DNA of 32,135 nt from an uncultured bacterium (GCA_964010765.1 CAXGMD010000039.1:1-32135), one strand, 5' to 3'; counted from the first letter of the stretch, positions 17,362 to 26,957 are shown. Made by a program: numbers and translations. The notes: generated by a model from the letters alone, not told the origin.

Positions 17362-20193
17362 ATGTCAGATTCCAACAAAAACATGTTGATCAATGTTGAA
17401 GATGATGAAACACGCATCGCGATTGCTAACAATCAGATGCTGGACAATCTCTACATTGATTACACCCACCGAGCCCAAACCGTAGGAAATATCTACATCG
17501 GTATTGTGGTGAAGATCCAATCCTCATTTCAAGCAGCTTTCGTTGACTATGGCGCGGAACGTCATGGTTTCCTCGCGGCTTCTGATTTAAACCAAATGCT
17601 TTTCAAGGCACCAAGAGGGATTCGTGGGAGGCCTGCCATCAATCAATTGCTTCATCCAGGCCAGAAAATCATGGTTCAGGTGGCAAAGGATGAAATCGCT
17701 CACAAGGGTGCGGCTCTAACAACGAATATCTCACTTCCTGGACGTTTTCTTGTATTCATGCCCAATAGTGACAAGGGAGGAGTATCCAAACGAATCGAGG
17801 ATAACGAAACAAGAACTCGCCTCAAACATTTGCTCAAGGGCCTGGGAAGTGAAGACGCCTCCGCAATCATTCGCACAGCAGGAGTTGACAGGAGCTTGAG
17901 CGAATTGAAGCAAGATTTTATGACACTTCGGAGAACCTGGAATCAGATCAAGCAAAGCTTTGAAGCTTCCTCAAAGCCAACCCTCTTACACCAAGAGGAA
18001 GATGCTGTCGTTAGGATGCTGCGGGATTACTTCACTGATGATGTGGGTGATGTCATCATCGATGATCCTGAAGCCTTCCAAAGAGCCTTAGAATTCTTCC
18101 AGACCAACATGCCAGGTCGTCAAAAGAAACTCCAACTCTACCTCGGAGAGCGCCCTATATTCTCCGAGCATCGAATTGAAGATCAGATCGAATGGTTGAA
18201 CCACCCCCAAGTGCCTTTGCCTTCTGGGGGTAGTTTGGTGATTCAACCAACGGAGGCTCTTGTCTCGATTGATGTCAATTCTGGTAAATCTAACCAGGAA
18301 AAAAATATTGAGGAGACTGCACTCCGAACCAATATTGAGGCCGCAGAAGAAGTAGCTCGGCAACTCCGTCTTCGAAATCTTGGAGGCCTGATTGTTATTG
18401 ATTTCATTGACATGAACCATAGCCAGAATCGCCAGGCAGTCGTTCAATGTCTCTCAGAATCCCTGTCCAAAGACAAAGCAAAATGGACGCTGGGCGAAAT
18501 TTCCCAATTCGGACTACTGGAGATGAGCCGGCAGCGGATTGCATCCAGTCTCTCTCAAAGTGGAAAAGAACTTTGTCCGGCCTGCCATGGCTCTGGAAAA
18601 GTAATCTCAAACTCTTCGCTAGCAAATAAGCTACTGCGACAGATGAGAGATCTGGTTCTCAGTGGCAAGATTCAAGAGGTAAGGCTACGACTCCCCCTTG
18701 TGTTGGCAGAACAATTACTAAACCAGAAAAGGAAGCATCTCTATCAATTGGAGATGGAATATTCTCTAAGGATAAAGATCACACCTGATCCAAACCTTAC
18801 TCCAGGTGAGATTCCAGATATTGAACTTGTTGGGCGTGACGGTGGCCTTGTTCAAGAGTCCGTGGACAGTAATCCTCGCGAGGCCTATCGAAATCGTGAT
18901 TTCAGAGCACGAGCTCGGCGGGATTTCCGTATCCACAAAGAACCTCATCCTGCGAAGGAGCAAAATGAGGAGCAAGAAGAATCACTGTTGGAAGAAGTGG
19001 CAACTCCTCTTGAATCAGTCGCAGATAACAATTCAAGTAACGAAGATGAGGAGGATGAAAGCAAACAACAAAAATCTCGCTCAAGAAATCGCGGCAGAGG
19101 TAGAGGCCGTGGTCGTAGTCGTCGTGATTTCAACGATGAGTCATCAGATGATCAACTAGATCAACAGGATGATAACGTCGCTGAAGAGGATGAAAATCTT
19201 ACTCCAACAGATGAGTTTGAAGAACCCCCACCCAAACCAAAGCGTTCGGCAGGTTGGACAGTCTACAGCAGTGTCCATGAGAAAAATGGCAAGGAGGATG
19301 ACTCCCCTTGGCAACCCCTGCAGTTTTCACCTTGGCGAAGAAAACTGAGGACACTTCCTCCTCATACCATTGTTTTCAGTAGTACTCATATTGATGCCCA
19401 AGGTAATTTGCTCAATCAACCCGCAGCAAAAGAAACCTTGGGAAACGCACTTTCCGTCGAAGTCCAAGAGTTGGGTTCACAGGACTTGACTTCGACGGAA
19501 CATTCAACCGTAGACAACAGCGCTCAAGAATCTTCAGAGACAACCAAGCCCTCCGAAGACTTGACGCTTTCCAAGGAGAACGAATCTACTGTCCAAGACC
19601 AGTCGTCTGCCCAGACAGACTCCGAAGAGACAAAGATTTTGGATCCTTCCTCAGAGCACAAGGCAGTCCCTCTCTCCGAAGAAAACTTTATTTCAGACGA
19701 GTTGACACTTTCTGAAGATTCTTCAGTTACAGACTCTGAGGCAATTATCGATAAAGCTCCTGAGGAATCAGGGGATGAGAACGTCGAGATTGAAAATCCA
19801 ACTGAGGAAACTACTATCGAAGAACTGAAGTCATCTGAGCCCTCTGAAAAGGAGGAGGAGAGAAATTTGGAAGATTTGGCAAAAGCTGAATCTGAAGATC
19901 CTTCAGAACAAACGCTGGAGGTAAATCTGGAGGAGCAACCTGATTCCTTGGCCCCTGTGGTTGAGATGCCAAAATCAGCCAAACGCGGAACCAGAAAAAC
20001 ATCCTCCAAGACTACTCGTACTCGGAAGAGTAAACCTGCTAAGAGAGATACAAACGATGAAGAACAATCATCTTCAAAATCTGAAGCTGAGATTTCTGAA
20101 ATCGATTCATCCCTGAATAGAAGTGCTAATGTATCTGACGATCAAGTTGAATTACAACCTGATGAAAAGACTCTAGGATCTAAGGTTGGCTAA
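17362..20193 (+). CDS. rne: Ribonuclease E (Rne/Rng family) with long disordered C-terminal scaffold
   Basis: S1 GNIYIG...QAAFVDYGAERHGFL, KGAALTTNISLPGRFLV, catalytic IDVNSG and IVIDFIDM, ISQFGLLEMSRQR, Zn-link CPACHGSG; Arg-rich and acidic tail. Confidence 0.93.
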   Translation: MSDSNKNMLINVEDDETRIAIANNQMLDNLYIDYTHRAQTVGNIYIGIVVKIQSSFQAAFVDYGAERHGFLAASDLNQMLFKAPRGIRGRPAINQLLHPGQKIMVQVAKDEIAHKGAALTTNISLPGRFLVFMPNSDKGGVSKRIEDNETRTRLKHLLKGLGSEDASAIIRTAGVDRSLSELKQDFMTLRRTWNQIKQSFEASSKPTLLHQEEDAVVRMLRDYFTDDVGDVIIDDPEAFQRALEFFQTNMPGRQKKLQLYLGERPIFSEHRIEDQIEWLNHPQVPLPSGGSLVIQPTEALVSIDVNSGKSNQEKNIEETALRTNIEAAEEVARQLRLRNLGGLIVIDFIDMNHSQNRQAVVQCLSESLSKDKAKWTLGEISQFGLLEMSRQRIASSLSQSGKELCPACHGSGKVISNSSLANKLLRQMRDLVLSGKIQEVRLRLPLVLAEQLLNQKRKHLYQLEMEYSLRIKITPDPNLTPGEIPDIELVGRDGGLVQESVDSNPREAYRNRDFRARARRDFRIHKEPHPAKEQNEEQEESLLEEVATPLESVADNNSSNEDEEDESKQQKSRSRNRGRGRGRGRSRRDFNDESSDDQLDQQDDNVAEEDENLTPTDEFEEPPPKPKRSAGWTVYSSVHEKNGKEDDSPWQPLQFSPWRRKLRTLPPHTIVFSSTHIDAQGNLLNQPAAKETLGNALSVEVQELGSQDLTSTEHSTVDNSAQESSETTKPSEDLTLSKENESTVQDQSSAQTDSEETKILDPSSEHKAVPLSEENFISDELTLSEDSSVTDSEAIIDKAPEESGDENVEIENPTEETTIEELKSSEPSEKEEERNLEDLAKAESEDPSEQTLEVNLEEQPDSLAPVVEMPKSAKRGTRKTSSKTTRTRKSKPAKRDTNDEEQSSSKSEAEISEIDSSLNRSANVSDDQVELQPDEKTLGSKVG

Positions 20194-20195
20194 TC

Positions 20196-21587
20196 ATGTC
20201 CTCCTGGTATCGTAATCTCCCGTCGATCCAGGAAATTGAACTGACCCTATCACAGGCGGGTCTTACAAACGTTAAATTACAGCGTCAGCAAATTGAATCC
20301 TGGCTAGAAGATTTGCGACGTAACTACAATCAATGTTCAGCCGAGAGTGATCTCCCCGAATGGATGAGCTCTCGGATAGGAATTCTGTCTCAGGCAAAAA
20401 AGAAATTCACTCAAAGAAAGCCCTCACAACTTTCCCCAGTCATTAACGCCACCGGCATTGTGCTCCATACCAATTTGGGTAGAGCGCCACTTGGTGAAGA
20501 ACTCCTAGCTCAGACCATCTTATCATTATCCCAATATTCTGACCTTGAATTGGACTTGGCCTCCGGTGAAAGAGGTCAACGAATGGATCGTATTGAAAGT
20601 TTGATTTGTAATCTTAGCAAGGCGGAGTCGGCAATTGTTGTTAATAACAATGCAGCAGCAGTTTTTCTGATGATGAAAGCCCTCTGTGAAGGTGGCGAGG
20701 TGTTGGTTTCCAGAGGTGAGTTGGTTGAAATTGGAGGATCCTTTCGCATTCCTGACATCCTAAGGGAAGCTGGTGCAAAGCTGATTGAAGTTGGCACAAC
20801 AAATAGAACCCGCCTCAGCGATTATCAAAATAGCCTCAGTGAAAGAACCGTCGCTGTCCTCAAGGTGCACCCCTCGAACTATTCCATCCAGGGGTTTACT
20901 GAAGAAGTTTCTTTGAATGATTTGGTTGAATGGTCAAAAAAAGTTGAGATCCCAACTCTTTATGATTGGGGCAGTGGAACTTTTTATCGATTTCAACAAC
21001 CAGAACTTCAGCATGTTCCTACAGTGCAACAGGAAATCGCAACTGAAGTTGACATGATCTGTTTCAGCGGAGACAAGCTTCTTGGAGGGCCACAAGCAGG
21101 TATTGTTCTTGGGAGAAAAATTCTGTTGGAGAAAATGAGGAATCATCCACTCTATCGTACGGTCCGTCTTGATAAGGCTTCGCTCTGTTTGCTGGAACAG
21201 ACCCTGACTGCTTACGGAAACATGAGTCATGTTGTTCAGAAAATTCCCACTCTTGAATTTCTAGAAAGAACCAAAGAGGAGATTCTTGGATATGTGAATG
21301 ATCTGCAGGGCTCACTTTCTTCAAGCCCTGAGTGGAAATTGACCGTTCATGAAACTGAATCTATGGCAGGGGGTGGAGGAATACCTGAAGTAAAATTACC
21401 CTCTGCGGCTCTGTGTTTGAGCCACGAAAGATTTTCAGCTTCAGAAATTCACCAAAGGCTCCGCTCCAGTAGCCCTGCTATTGTTGGGGTGATCCGGAAA
21501 GATAATGTTCTTTTAGATCTGCGCACTGTGATGAAATCTCAGTTAAATTCTCTACGAGAAAGTCTTCAGTCACTGGTTTCGGTATGA
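20196..21587 (+). CDS. selA: L-seryl-tRNA(Sec) selenium transferase
   Basis: VINATGIVLHTNLGRAPL, VVNNNAAAV, VSRGELVEIGGSFRIPD, EVGTTNRT, KVHPSNY, PLP-Lys motif FSGDKLLGGPQAG, LDLRT. Confidence 0.95.
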   Translation: MSSWYRNLPSIQEIELTLSQAGLTNVKLQRQQIESWLEDLRRNYNQCSAESDLPEWMSSRIGILSQAKKKFTQRKPSQLSPVINATGIVLHTNLGRAPLGEELLAQTILSLSQYSDLELDLASGERGQRMDRIESLICNLSKAESAIVVNNNAAAVFLMMKALCEGGEVLVSRGELVEIGGSFRIPDILREAGAKLIEVGTTNRTRLSDYQNSLSERTVAVLKVHPSNYSIQGFTEEVSLNDLVEWSKKVEIPTLYDWGSGTFYRFQQPELQHVPTVQQEIATEVDMICFSGDKLLGGPQAGIVLGRKILLEKMRNHPLYRTVRLDKASLCLLEQTLTAYGNMSHVVQKIPTLEFLERTKEEILGYVNDLQGSLSSSPEWKLTVHETESMAGGGGIPEVKLPSAALCLSHERFSASEIHQRLRSSSPAIVGVIRKDNVLLDLRTVMKSQLNSLRESLQSLVSV

Positions 21588-22465
21588 AGATTTTGCTAAC
21601 AGGTGGTGAGGGGATGTTAGCTAAAGACTTTTTGTCTGTTTTGGATCAATTCCCAGAATTAGAGTGTCATGTTCCCCCTGGTAAAGAATTGGACATTAGG
21701 AATCAGGAACAGGTAGTGAGCATCATCAAAAATTATCGACCTGATATCCTGCTCAACTGCGCTGCGTACACAAAGGTGGATAAGGCAGAAACGGAATCTG
21801 CTCTCGCATTCCATGTCAATGGAATTAGTGTTGGCAAGTTGGCGGAAGCTTGTCATCGATCTGGGGTTAAAATCGTTCATTTGTCCACGGATTTTGTTTT
21901 TGATGGGAACAACTGTAGCCCTGTTACTGAATCGAACCATACAGCACCGCTTGGGGTATATGGGAAGAGCAAACGAGACGGGGAAGCAAGAATTGAAGCT
22001 AGTGATGCTGATTGGCTAACAGTCAGGACATCTTGGTTGTTTGCTGCACACGGTCATAATTTTGTTCGAACAATGCTCCGACTGGGACGTGAAAGAGATG
22101 AAATCAGAGTCGTTTCAGATCAAGTCGGTTCGCCGACTTGGACAAGAGATTTGGCTTTGGCCCTGTGCAAACTCATCAAAGGGGATGTGAAAAATTATGT
22201 TCACTTCGGAGGTTTGAATTCATGTAGTTGGTTCGAATTAGCAAATTATACGCTCAAACAAGCCCATCAAATTGGCCTAATCCAGACCCTGCCGCTTGTT
22301 ACTCCGATTCAAACACATCAGTATCCTTTGCCTGCTCCACGGCCCGCTTATTCAGTACTTTCAACTCAACGTTACCAAGAATTAACAGGTTCTCAGCCTA
22401 TGATGTGGGAAGAAGCTGTCAATTCCGTTCTCAAAAGACTCCACGAGAAATCACAAGATGAGTGA
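21584..22465 (+). CDS. rfbD: dTDP-4-dehydrorhamnose reductase
   Basis: ILLTGGEGML, NCAAYTKVDKAE, HLSTDFVFDG, YGKSK, RTSWLF, DQVGSPT, RPAYSVL. Confidence 0.92.
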   Translation: MKILLTGGEGMLAKDFLSVLDQFPELECHVPPGKELDIRNQEQVVSIIKNYRPDILLNCAAYTKVDKAETESALAFHVNGISVGKLAEACHRSGVKIVHLSTDFVFDGNNCSPVTESNHTAPLGVYGKSKRDGEARIEASDADWLTVRTSWLFAAHGHNFVRTMLRLGRERDEIRVVSDQVGSPTWTRDLALALCKLIKGDVKNYVHFGGLNSCSWFELANYTLKQAHQIGLIQTLPLVTPIQTHQYPLPAPRPAYSVLSTQRYQELTGSQPMMWEEAVNSVLKRLHEKSQDE

Positions 22466-22754
22466 TATTAAGGATTGGCATTCAGATGCGTTGATCAATA
22501 TCCAGCGTTTCTTGGATAAATACTCCTCTAAGCGCACAACCCATCTCCCTTTAGTTGATGTGATGCGCTTCCGAATCAACGCCATCCTCGGTTCTGAACC
22601 AGATCAACTCCGATGGTCTGAAGCCGATGCTGAGGAATTACTGGGATTGCTAAAAGCCTATAAACACGTTTTGGAGATTGAACAGCAGAATATTGCGCAA
22701 TTGGAGGCCAGTCTAGAAGCTCAGCTCGGAAGTGCTAGCCTCAGGGGCGCATGA
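22458..22754 (+). CDS. Hypothetical protein (98 aa, coiled-coil-like C-terminus)
   Basis: Overlaps the rfbD stop and the next ATGA start, i.e. embedded in the operon; no family recognised. Confidence 0.7.
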   Translation: MSDIKDWHSDALINIQRFLDKYSSKRTTHLPLVDVMRFRINAILGSEPDQLRWSEADAEELLGLLKAYKHVLEIEQQNIAQLEASLEAQLGSASLRGA

Positions 22755-23557
22755 AATCTTTATTTGAATCTACCCAGGAAGTTCTCTTCTCAAAAGATAT
22801 CGAGCAAAAAACTCAAGGAGCCCAAAAACTCAAACAAGACTTTGAAGAAGGGAAACTCAATCATGAGAAAGCTTTTCTTATCAAAGATCTAGTAGAAGCA
22901 GGTTACCCCTCCTTCTTGAATTTTGTTGCTCCTAAGGAATTACCAAGAAGGCGACTCGGATCCCCTCTCGGTAAGGTTGCGCTCCTGCACTCCCTCGCTC
23001 ACATTGAATTCAACGCCATCAACCTGGCATTGGATGCAGTCTATCGCTTTCAGCAGATGCCTAGTCTTTATTATGCTGACTGGTTGAGAGTCGCAGCTGA
23101 TGAGGCTAGGCATTTTCAGCTTTTGCAGAGTCGTCTAATCCAACTGGGCAGTGCCTACGGTGAATTTCCAGTCCATTCTGGTTTGTGGGAAATGGCTGAA
23201 AACACCGCTCATGATGTTCTGGTAAGGATGGCGCTAGTTCCACGTGTAATGGAAGCTCGTGGGCTGGATGTTACCCCCGGAATGGTTTCCAAGCTGAGAG
23301 AAATCAAAGATTCAGAGTCCGCCCAGATACTACAGCTTATCTGGGAAGAGGAGATACAACACGTCTCAATTGGCAGCCATTGGTTTCAGTATCTTTGTCA
23401 GCAAAGAAACATCTGTCCGGAAACAACTTATCTTCGTCTATTGAATCAGTATTTCTCAGGTCGATTACGTGGTCCTTTGCATCAGGAAGCACGACTCCAA
23501 GCCGGATTCAGTGAATCTGAACTTGCTGCCCTGGAACAATTGGCCACTCCAAATTGA
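22751..23557 (+). CDS. Ferritin-like di-iron protein (DUF455 family)
   Basis: LHSLAHIEFNAINLALDA, DEARHF, MEARGLDVTP and EEIQHV di-iron carboxylate motifs. Confidence 0.85.
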   Translation: MKSLFESTQEVLFSKDIEQKTQGAQKLKQDFEEGKLNHEKAFLIKDLVEAGYPSFLNFVAPKELPRRRLGSPLGKVALLHSLAHIEFNAINLALDAVYRFQQMPSLYYADWLRVAADEARHFQLLQSRLIQLGSAYGEFPVHSGLWEMAENTAHDVLVRMALVPRVMEARGLDVTPGMVSKLREIKDSESAQILQLIWEEEIQHVSIGSHWFQYLCQQRNICPETTYLRLLNQYFSGRLRGPLHQEARLQAGFSESELAALEQLATPN

Positions 23558-23597
23558 ATCCACAAAAATCAATCAAAACTTTCTGAAACTTCCTCAA

Positions 23598-24500
23598 ATG
23601 ATCCCCGGAAATCTCCTTTCCAAGGGAACTCCCATTCTATTTGTTCTGCTCTGGAGCACAGGTTTCATCGGTGCTAAATTGGGCATGCCCCATGCCGAAC
23701 CAATGACTTTTCTGAGTCTACGATTTCTGATCGCAATTTGTTTTCTGGTCCCTTTGGTGTGGTGGTTTCATGCGCCTTGGCCCTCTAATCCCTCAGATTG
23801 GTTGCATGCTGGCATTGTTGGTTCGTTGGTCCACGGGGGCTACCTAGGTGGTGTTTTCGTCGCAATCAAAGGTGGGTTACCAGCCGCCTTAGCAGCATTG
23901 ATCGTTGGCCTACAACCTCTGTTAACTGGGATTCTTGCTGGGCCTCTGCTGGGAGAGATGCTCACAAGAAAAAAATGGATGGGACTTTTCTTAGGATTTC
24001 TGGGGGTTTGGATGGTTGTATCTGAAAAACTACCTGAAGAAAATTCCTTTGGGATGGATTCGATCTTTTTCGCCAGCCTGGCACTAGTCTCCATCACATT
24101 GGGCACACTTTATCAAAAACGTTTTGCGACCAAGCTAGATATCCGGACTGGTGCTGTGATTCAGTTTATCTCAGCGCTGACAATCTTCGGGCTCTTGTCC
24201 CTTTCGTTAGAGACGATGGTTGTTGACTGGAATTTCGAATCCATCTTCGCCCTTTTCTGGTTGGCGATCGTTCTTTCGATTGGAGCAATTCTAATATTAA
24301 TGCGCTTGATTCAGTCGGGTGCGGCAGCAAATGTGGCGAGTCTTTTTTACCTAGTTCCACCTGCCACAGCAGTTGAAGCCTGGTGGCTATTTGATGAAAA
24401 ATTGGGTTGGTTGGCGATTGTGGGGATGCTGGTAGCGGTACTTGGGGTCGCAATGGTGGTTCAACAACCCCAGAGTCGATTAAAAGCTAGTGAGGGTTAG
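23598..24500 (+). CDS. DMT/EamA family transporter
   Basis: FVLLWSTGFIGAK, LQPLLT, ~10 TM helices in two repeats, FYLVPP; in-frame ATG 23598 preferred over track start 23469, which overlaps DUF455. Confidence 0.9.
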   Translation: MIPGNLLSKGTPILFVLLWSTGFIGAKLGMPHAEPMTFLSLRFLIAICFLVPLVWWFHAPWPSNPSDWLHAGIVGSLVHGGYLGGVFVAIKGGLPAALAALIVGLQPLLTGILAGPLLGEMLTRKKWMGLFLGFLGVWMVVSEKLPEENSFGMDSIFFASLALVSITLGTLYQKRFATKLDIRTGAVIQFISALTIFGLLSLSLETMVVDWNFESIFALFWLAIVLSIGAILILMRLIQSGAAANVASLFYLVPPATAVEAWWLFDEKLGWLAIVGMLVAVLGVAMVVQQPQSRLKASEG

Positions 24501-25363
24501 GCCGGGATCTTTTCCAGAGAGGTCTCCAAGGCAGAATTGGGCATACCATTCCCCCATGGCAGATCGACTGGATAATCTGAGATCAGACAATCATCGGGTA
24601 GACACTCGATCGGAGTGAAATCGCGATGAGCAATGTACTCTGGGCGCTTGAAACGTCTTATATGATTGCTCACTGCACAAAGACTCAGATATACGCTGAC
24701 ACGATTCCAAGGGGAAAGATTACTTGTTGAACTGTGGACCAGGCACCCATGAAAAAGAATCATTGAGCCGGCAGGTCCTTGCGGACTGACGATTCCTCCT
24801 TCTCTTCCCCCAGCTCTTTCGACAAGCTGACGGATCAATTGATTATCGATCGTCCACAGGGGGTAGCTTGTTGTGGTCAGATCATGTCCAGCTTTGAGGA
24901 CTCCACGCTTGTGGCTTCCCGGAATAAACATTAAAGGGCCATTATACTGGTTGACATCATCCAAAAAGATCGCAACATTCATCGCCCTTGGTTCAGGCAT
25001 CATGTCGTCATTGATCCAAGTGCCATAGTCTTGATGCCATTGCCAAACATCACCTTCAAATGCCATTTTCCCATTAATTTTGAACTGGTGCATGTAAAGC
25101 TTTTCACCAAACACCTGCTCAACAGGCTTCACCATTCGTGGATGGCGCCCTAGCCTAGCAAACGGTGCGCTGTAGAGGTGCGCCGCAAAATTAGTTCTGA
25201 CGGCTTGACTACCTTTTTCCCTCACATTATAGGCTTCGCGTCGATCATACAGTTCAGGAACAGCTTCATTGAGTTTTTTCACTTCTTCAGGAGTGAACAA
25301 TTCAGGGAAAAAAAGATAGCCGTCCTTGTCAAAGGCTTCTATTTGTTGTTGTGTAAGTTCCAT
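24497..25363 (-). CDS. Phytanoyl-CoA dioxygenase (PhyH) family Fe(II)/2-oxoglutarate dioxygenase, ectoine/proline hydroxylase-like
   Basis: LTQQQIEAFDKDGYL, HQFKINGK, facial triad WHQD...LVHSS, GPLMFIPGSHK, 2OG-binding Arg in WNRVS; GGAG SD. Confidence 0.88.
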   Translation of the reverse strand: MELTQQQIEAFDKDGYLFFPELFTPEEVKKLNEAVPELYDRREAYNVREKGSQAVRTNFAAHLYSAPFARLGRHPRMVKPVEQVFGEKLYMHQFKINGKMAFEGDVWQWHQDYGTWINDDMMPEPRAMNVAIFLDDVNQYNGPLMFIPGSHKRGVLKAGHDLTTTSYPLWTIDNQLIRQLVERAGGREGGIVSPQGPAGSMILFHGCLVHSSTSNLSPWNRVSVYLSLCAVSNHIRRFKRPEYIAHRDFTPIECLPDDCLISDYPVDLPWGNGMPNSALETSLEKIPA

Positions 25364-25423
25364 AAAATCTCCGCTGAGTTCATCACATCCAAAATTCTAG
25401 GATTTTTCCCTCAGGAATTTAAC

Positions 25424-25672
25424 TTACAGAGCGTCTCTGATTGAATATTCATCACAGACGTTACCACGCACCTCGTTATAGCAAACAATTTTCTGTGCGC
25501 TCACATTTTGGGGGGTTTCGCGATAACAGACCTGGGAGAGTTGTTCTTGTTCACCATAGTGAAAATGGAGGGGACCGATTGTACAGGTGGCAAGATTATT
25601 TGATGCACAACCAGCAATGCTTAGCAGTAAAGTGAGGAAGCTCAGGTATTGGACTGTTTTTTTCAGATTCAT
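25424..25672 (-). CDS. Small hypothetical lipoprotein
   Basis: MNLKK, hydrophobic stretch and lipobox IAG-C; four further Cys in the mature part. Confidence 0.65.
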   Translation of the reverse strand: MNLKKTVQYLSFLTLLLSIAGCASNNLATCTIGPLHFHYGEQEQLSQVCYRETPQNVSAQKIVCYNEVRGNVCDEYSIRDAL

Positions 25673-25955
25673 AGTTAAGATGCATCAATCGAGTTAGGGA
25701 ACTACTATTCAATGTAATCTTGATCCCTGCATCTTCCAATGATGCAACGTAAACTGTGTTCTGCTTGACAGACTTAGCTCTTAGCCTTATCAAAGCCTAA
25801 TGACAAGCCCAGAAAGCTTTTTCGGACTCTTCACACAACAAGTTGTGCAACCATGAAGCACAGTCTATTTGACTAAGCCTTCTTCTCAGAAAATCCGGGC
25901 AAAAGGGGCCAGGCAACATTTTTCACATACGAATTGACACGCAATTTCAGCGCCT

Positions 25956-26015
25956 ATGAGTAATCAAGAAGATTTTTGGTTGCATGATTTAGAAGTCGAA
26001 TATACTTTTGGTTAA
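25956..26015 (+). pseudogene. Possible truncated gene start (MSNQEDFWLHDLEVEYTFG*) at the edge of the AT-rich block
   Basis: 19-aa ORF preceded by TTGACA (25934-25939); reads like a protein N-terminus, loosely recalling 'F.LYDL.VE' starts of TIGR04076-type proteins (from memory, unverified). Confidence 0.2.
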
Positions 26016-26060
26016 ATTGCTGCGTTGAAAAATCTAAATTATGGAGTTGCATCAAAAAAT

Positions 26061-26957
26061 TCATTGGATCGTCAACCCTGATTGATCTTCAATCATTTTA
26101 ATGATTTTTAAGTGATCATCATCATGGTTCAGACGCACAATTGCATCCTGCATTGTCTTCAAGACTTTGCGTAATAAGGACACTTCTAAGTTGTGGTCAT
26201 TTATCATTCCCTCAAAAATACCAACATCTTTACAATGCAAACCAAAAGAAAAACCGTAGTCAAAAGTCCTTGATAGTACATGGTCAGGAAATCTCTGTTG
26301 TGAGACCCACGAGCGTCCAGAAGAAGTGTTGATTGCTGACAGGGCTTTCTCTAAAGGGACATCAAAAGATTTCAGAGTAATCATTGCCTCGGCTACGCTG
26401 AGAATGTTTGTAGCTAGCAGAGTATTGTTGACTGCTTTCACTGCGTGACCAGATCCTACTGGTCCGAGATAGACCAGGTTCTTTGCAAAAGATTGAATGA
26501 CTGCTTTCACTGCATGAAACGCTTCCTCATTTCCTCCAATCATCGCCGTCAGAGAACCAGATCTCGCCCCCGCTGGCCCACCAGAAACGGCGCAATCCAG
26601 ATAGTCAACTTGATACTCCTGAAGCTGAGCCGCAATCTGTTGAGAAAGCTTGGGACTTCCAGATGTAGCGTCAATCCAGTATCGTAAGCTTTCCAAGTTT
26701 TTTGGATCTTGGATGGCTAAGTCAACGACGCTCTGCACATCCTTAGAGTTCGGCAAACAAGTCAGGATGACATTCGCTTCTGAAAAGCCCGCAGGTAGAT
26801 CAACCGCAAAGAGATTTGGATACTTTTCTTGAATCTCATCTCTGACTTGAAGATTGAGATCGTAAATCATTAACTGCTTGCTCGCTTCAGCAATCCTAAT
26901 GCTGAGCGCACTGCCCAAGTTTCCCAAACCAATAAATAAAAGATTGCTAAGGTTCAT
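26061..26957 (-). CDS. NAD(P)-dependent beta-hydroxyacid dehydrogenase (3-hydroxyisobutyrate DH / GarR family)
   Basis: FIGLGNLG, DCAVSGG substrate loop, catalytic Lys in GSGHAVKAVNN, SSGRSW, GFSFGLHCKD. Confidence 0.88.
   Translation of the reverse strand: MNLSNLLFIGLGNLGSALSIRIAEASKQLMIYDLNLQVRDEIQEKYPNLFAVDLPAGFSEANVILTCLPNSKDVQSVVDLAIQDPKNLESLRYWIDATSGSPKLSQQIAAQLQEYQVDYLDCAVSGGPAGARSGSLTAMIGGNEEAFHAVKAVIQSFAKNLVYLGPVGSGHAVKAVNNTLLATNILSVAEAMITLKSFDVPLEKALSAINTSSGRSWVSQQRFPDHVLSRTFDYGFSFGLHCKDVGIFEGMINDHNLEVSLLRKVLKTMQDAIVRLNHDDDHLKIIKMIEDQSGLTIQ

Noticed and set aside
19524..20009. 161-aa Ser-rich antisense ORF within rne
   Set aside because: Shadow of the Glu/Ser-rich low-complexity RNase E tail
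23469..23597. N-terminal extension of the EamA ORF overlapping DUF455
   Set aside because: Family similarity begins after ATG 23598; the extension is hydrophilic and overlaps the upstream gene by 89 nt
24497..25363. Calling the dioxygenase ectD
   Set aside because: The EctD signature is not matched and there is no ect cluster
25596..25793. 65-aa minus-strand ORF upstream of the lipoprotein
   Set aside because: TTG start, overlaps the better-supported lipoprotein gene, no recognisable motif
26429..26513. Exact 16-nt direct repeat TGACTGCTTTCACTGC (part of HAVKAV encoded twice) in the dehydrogenase
   Set aside because: Only two in-frame copies inside an intact gene; no array or mobile-element context
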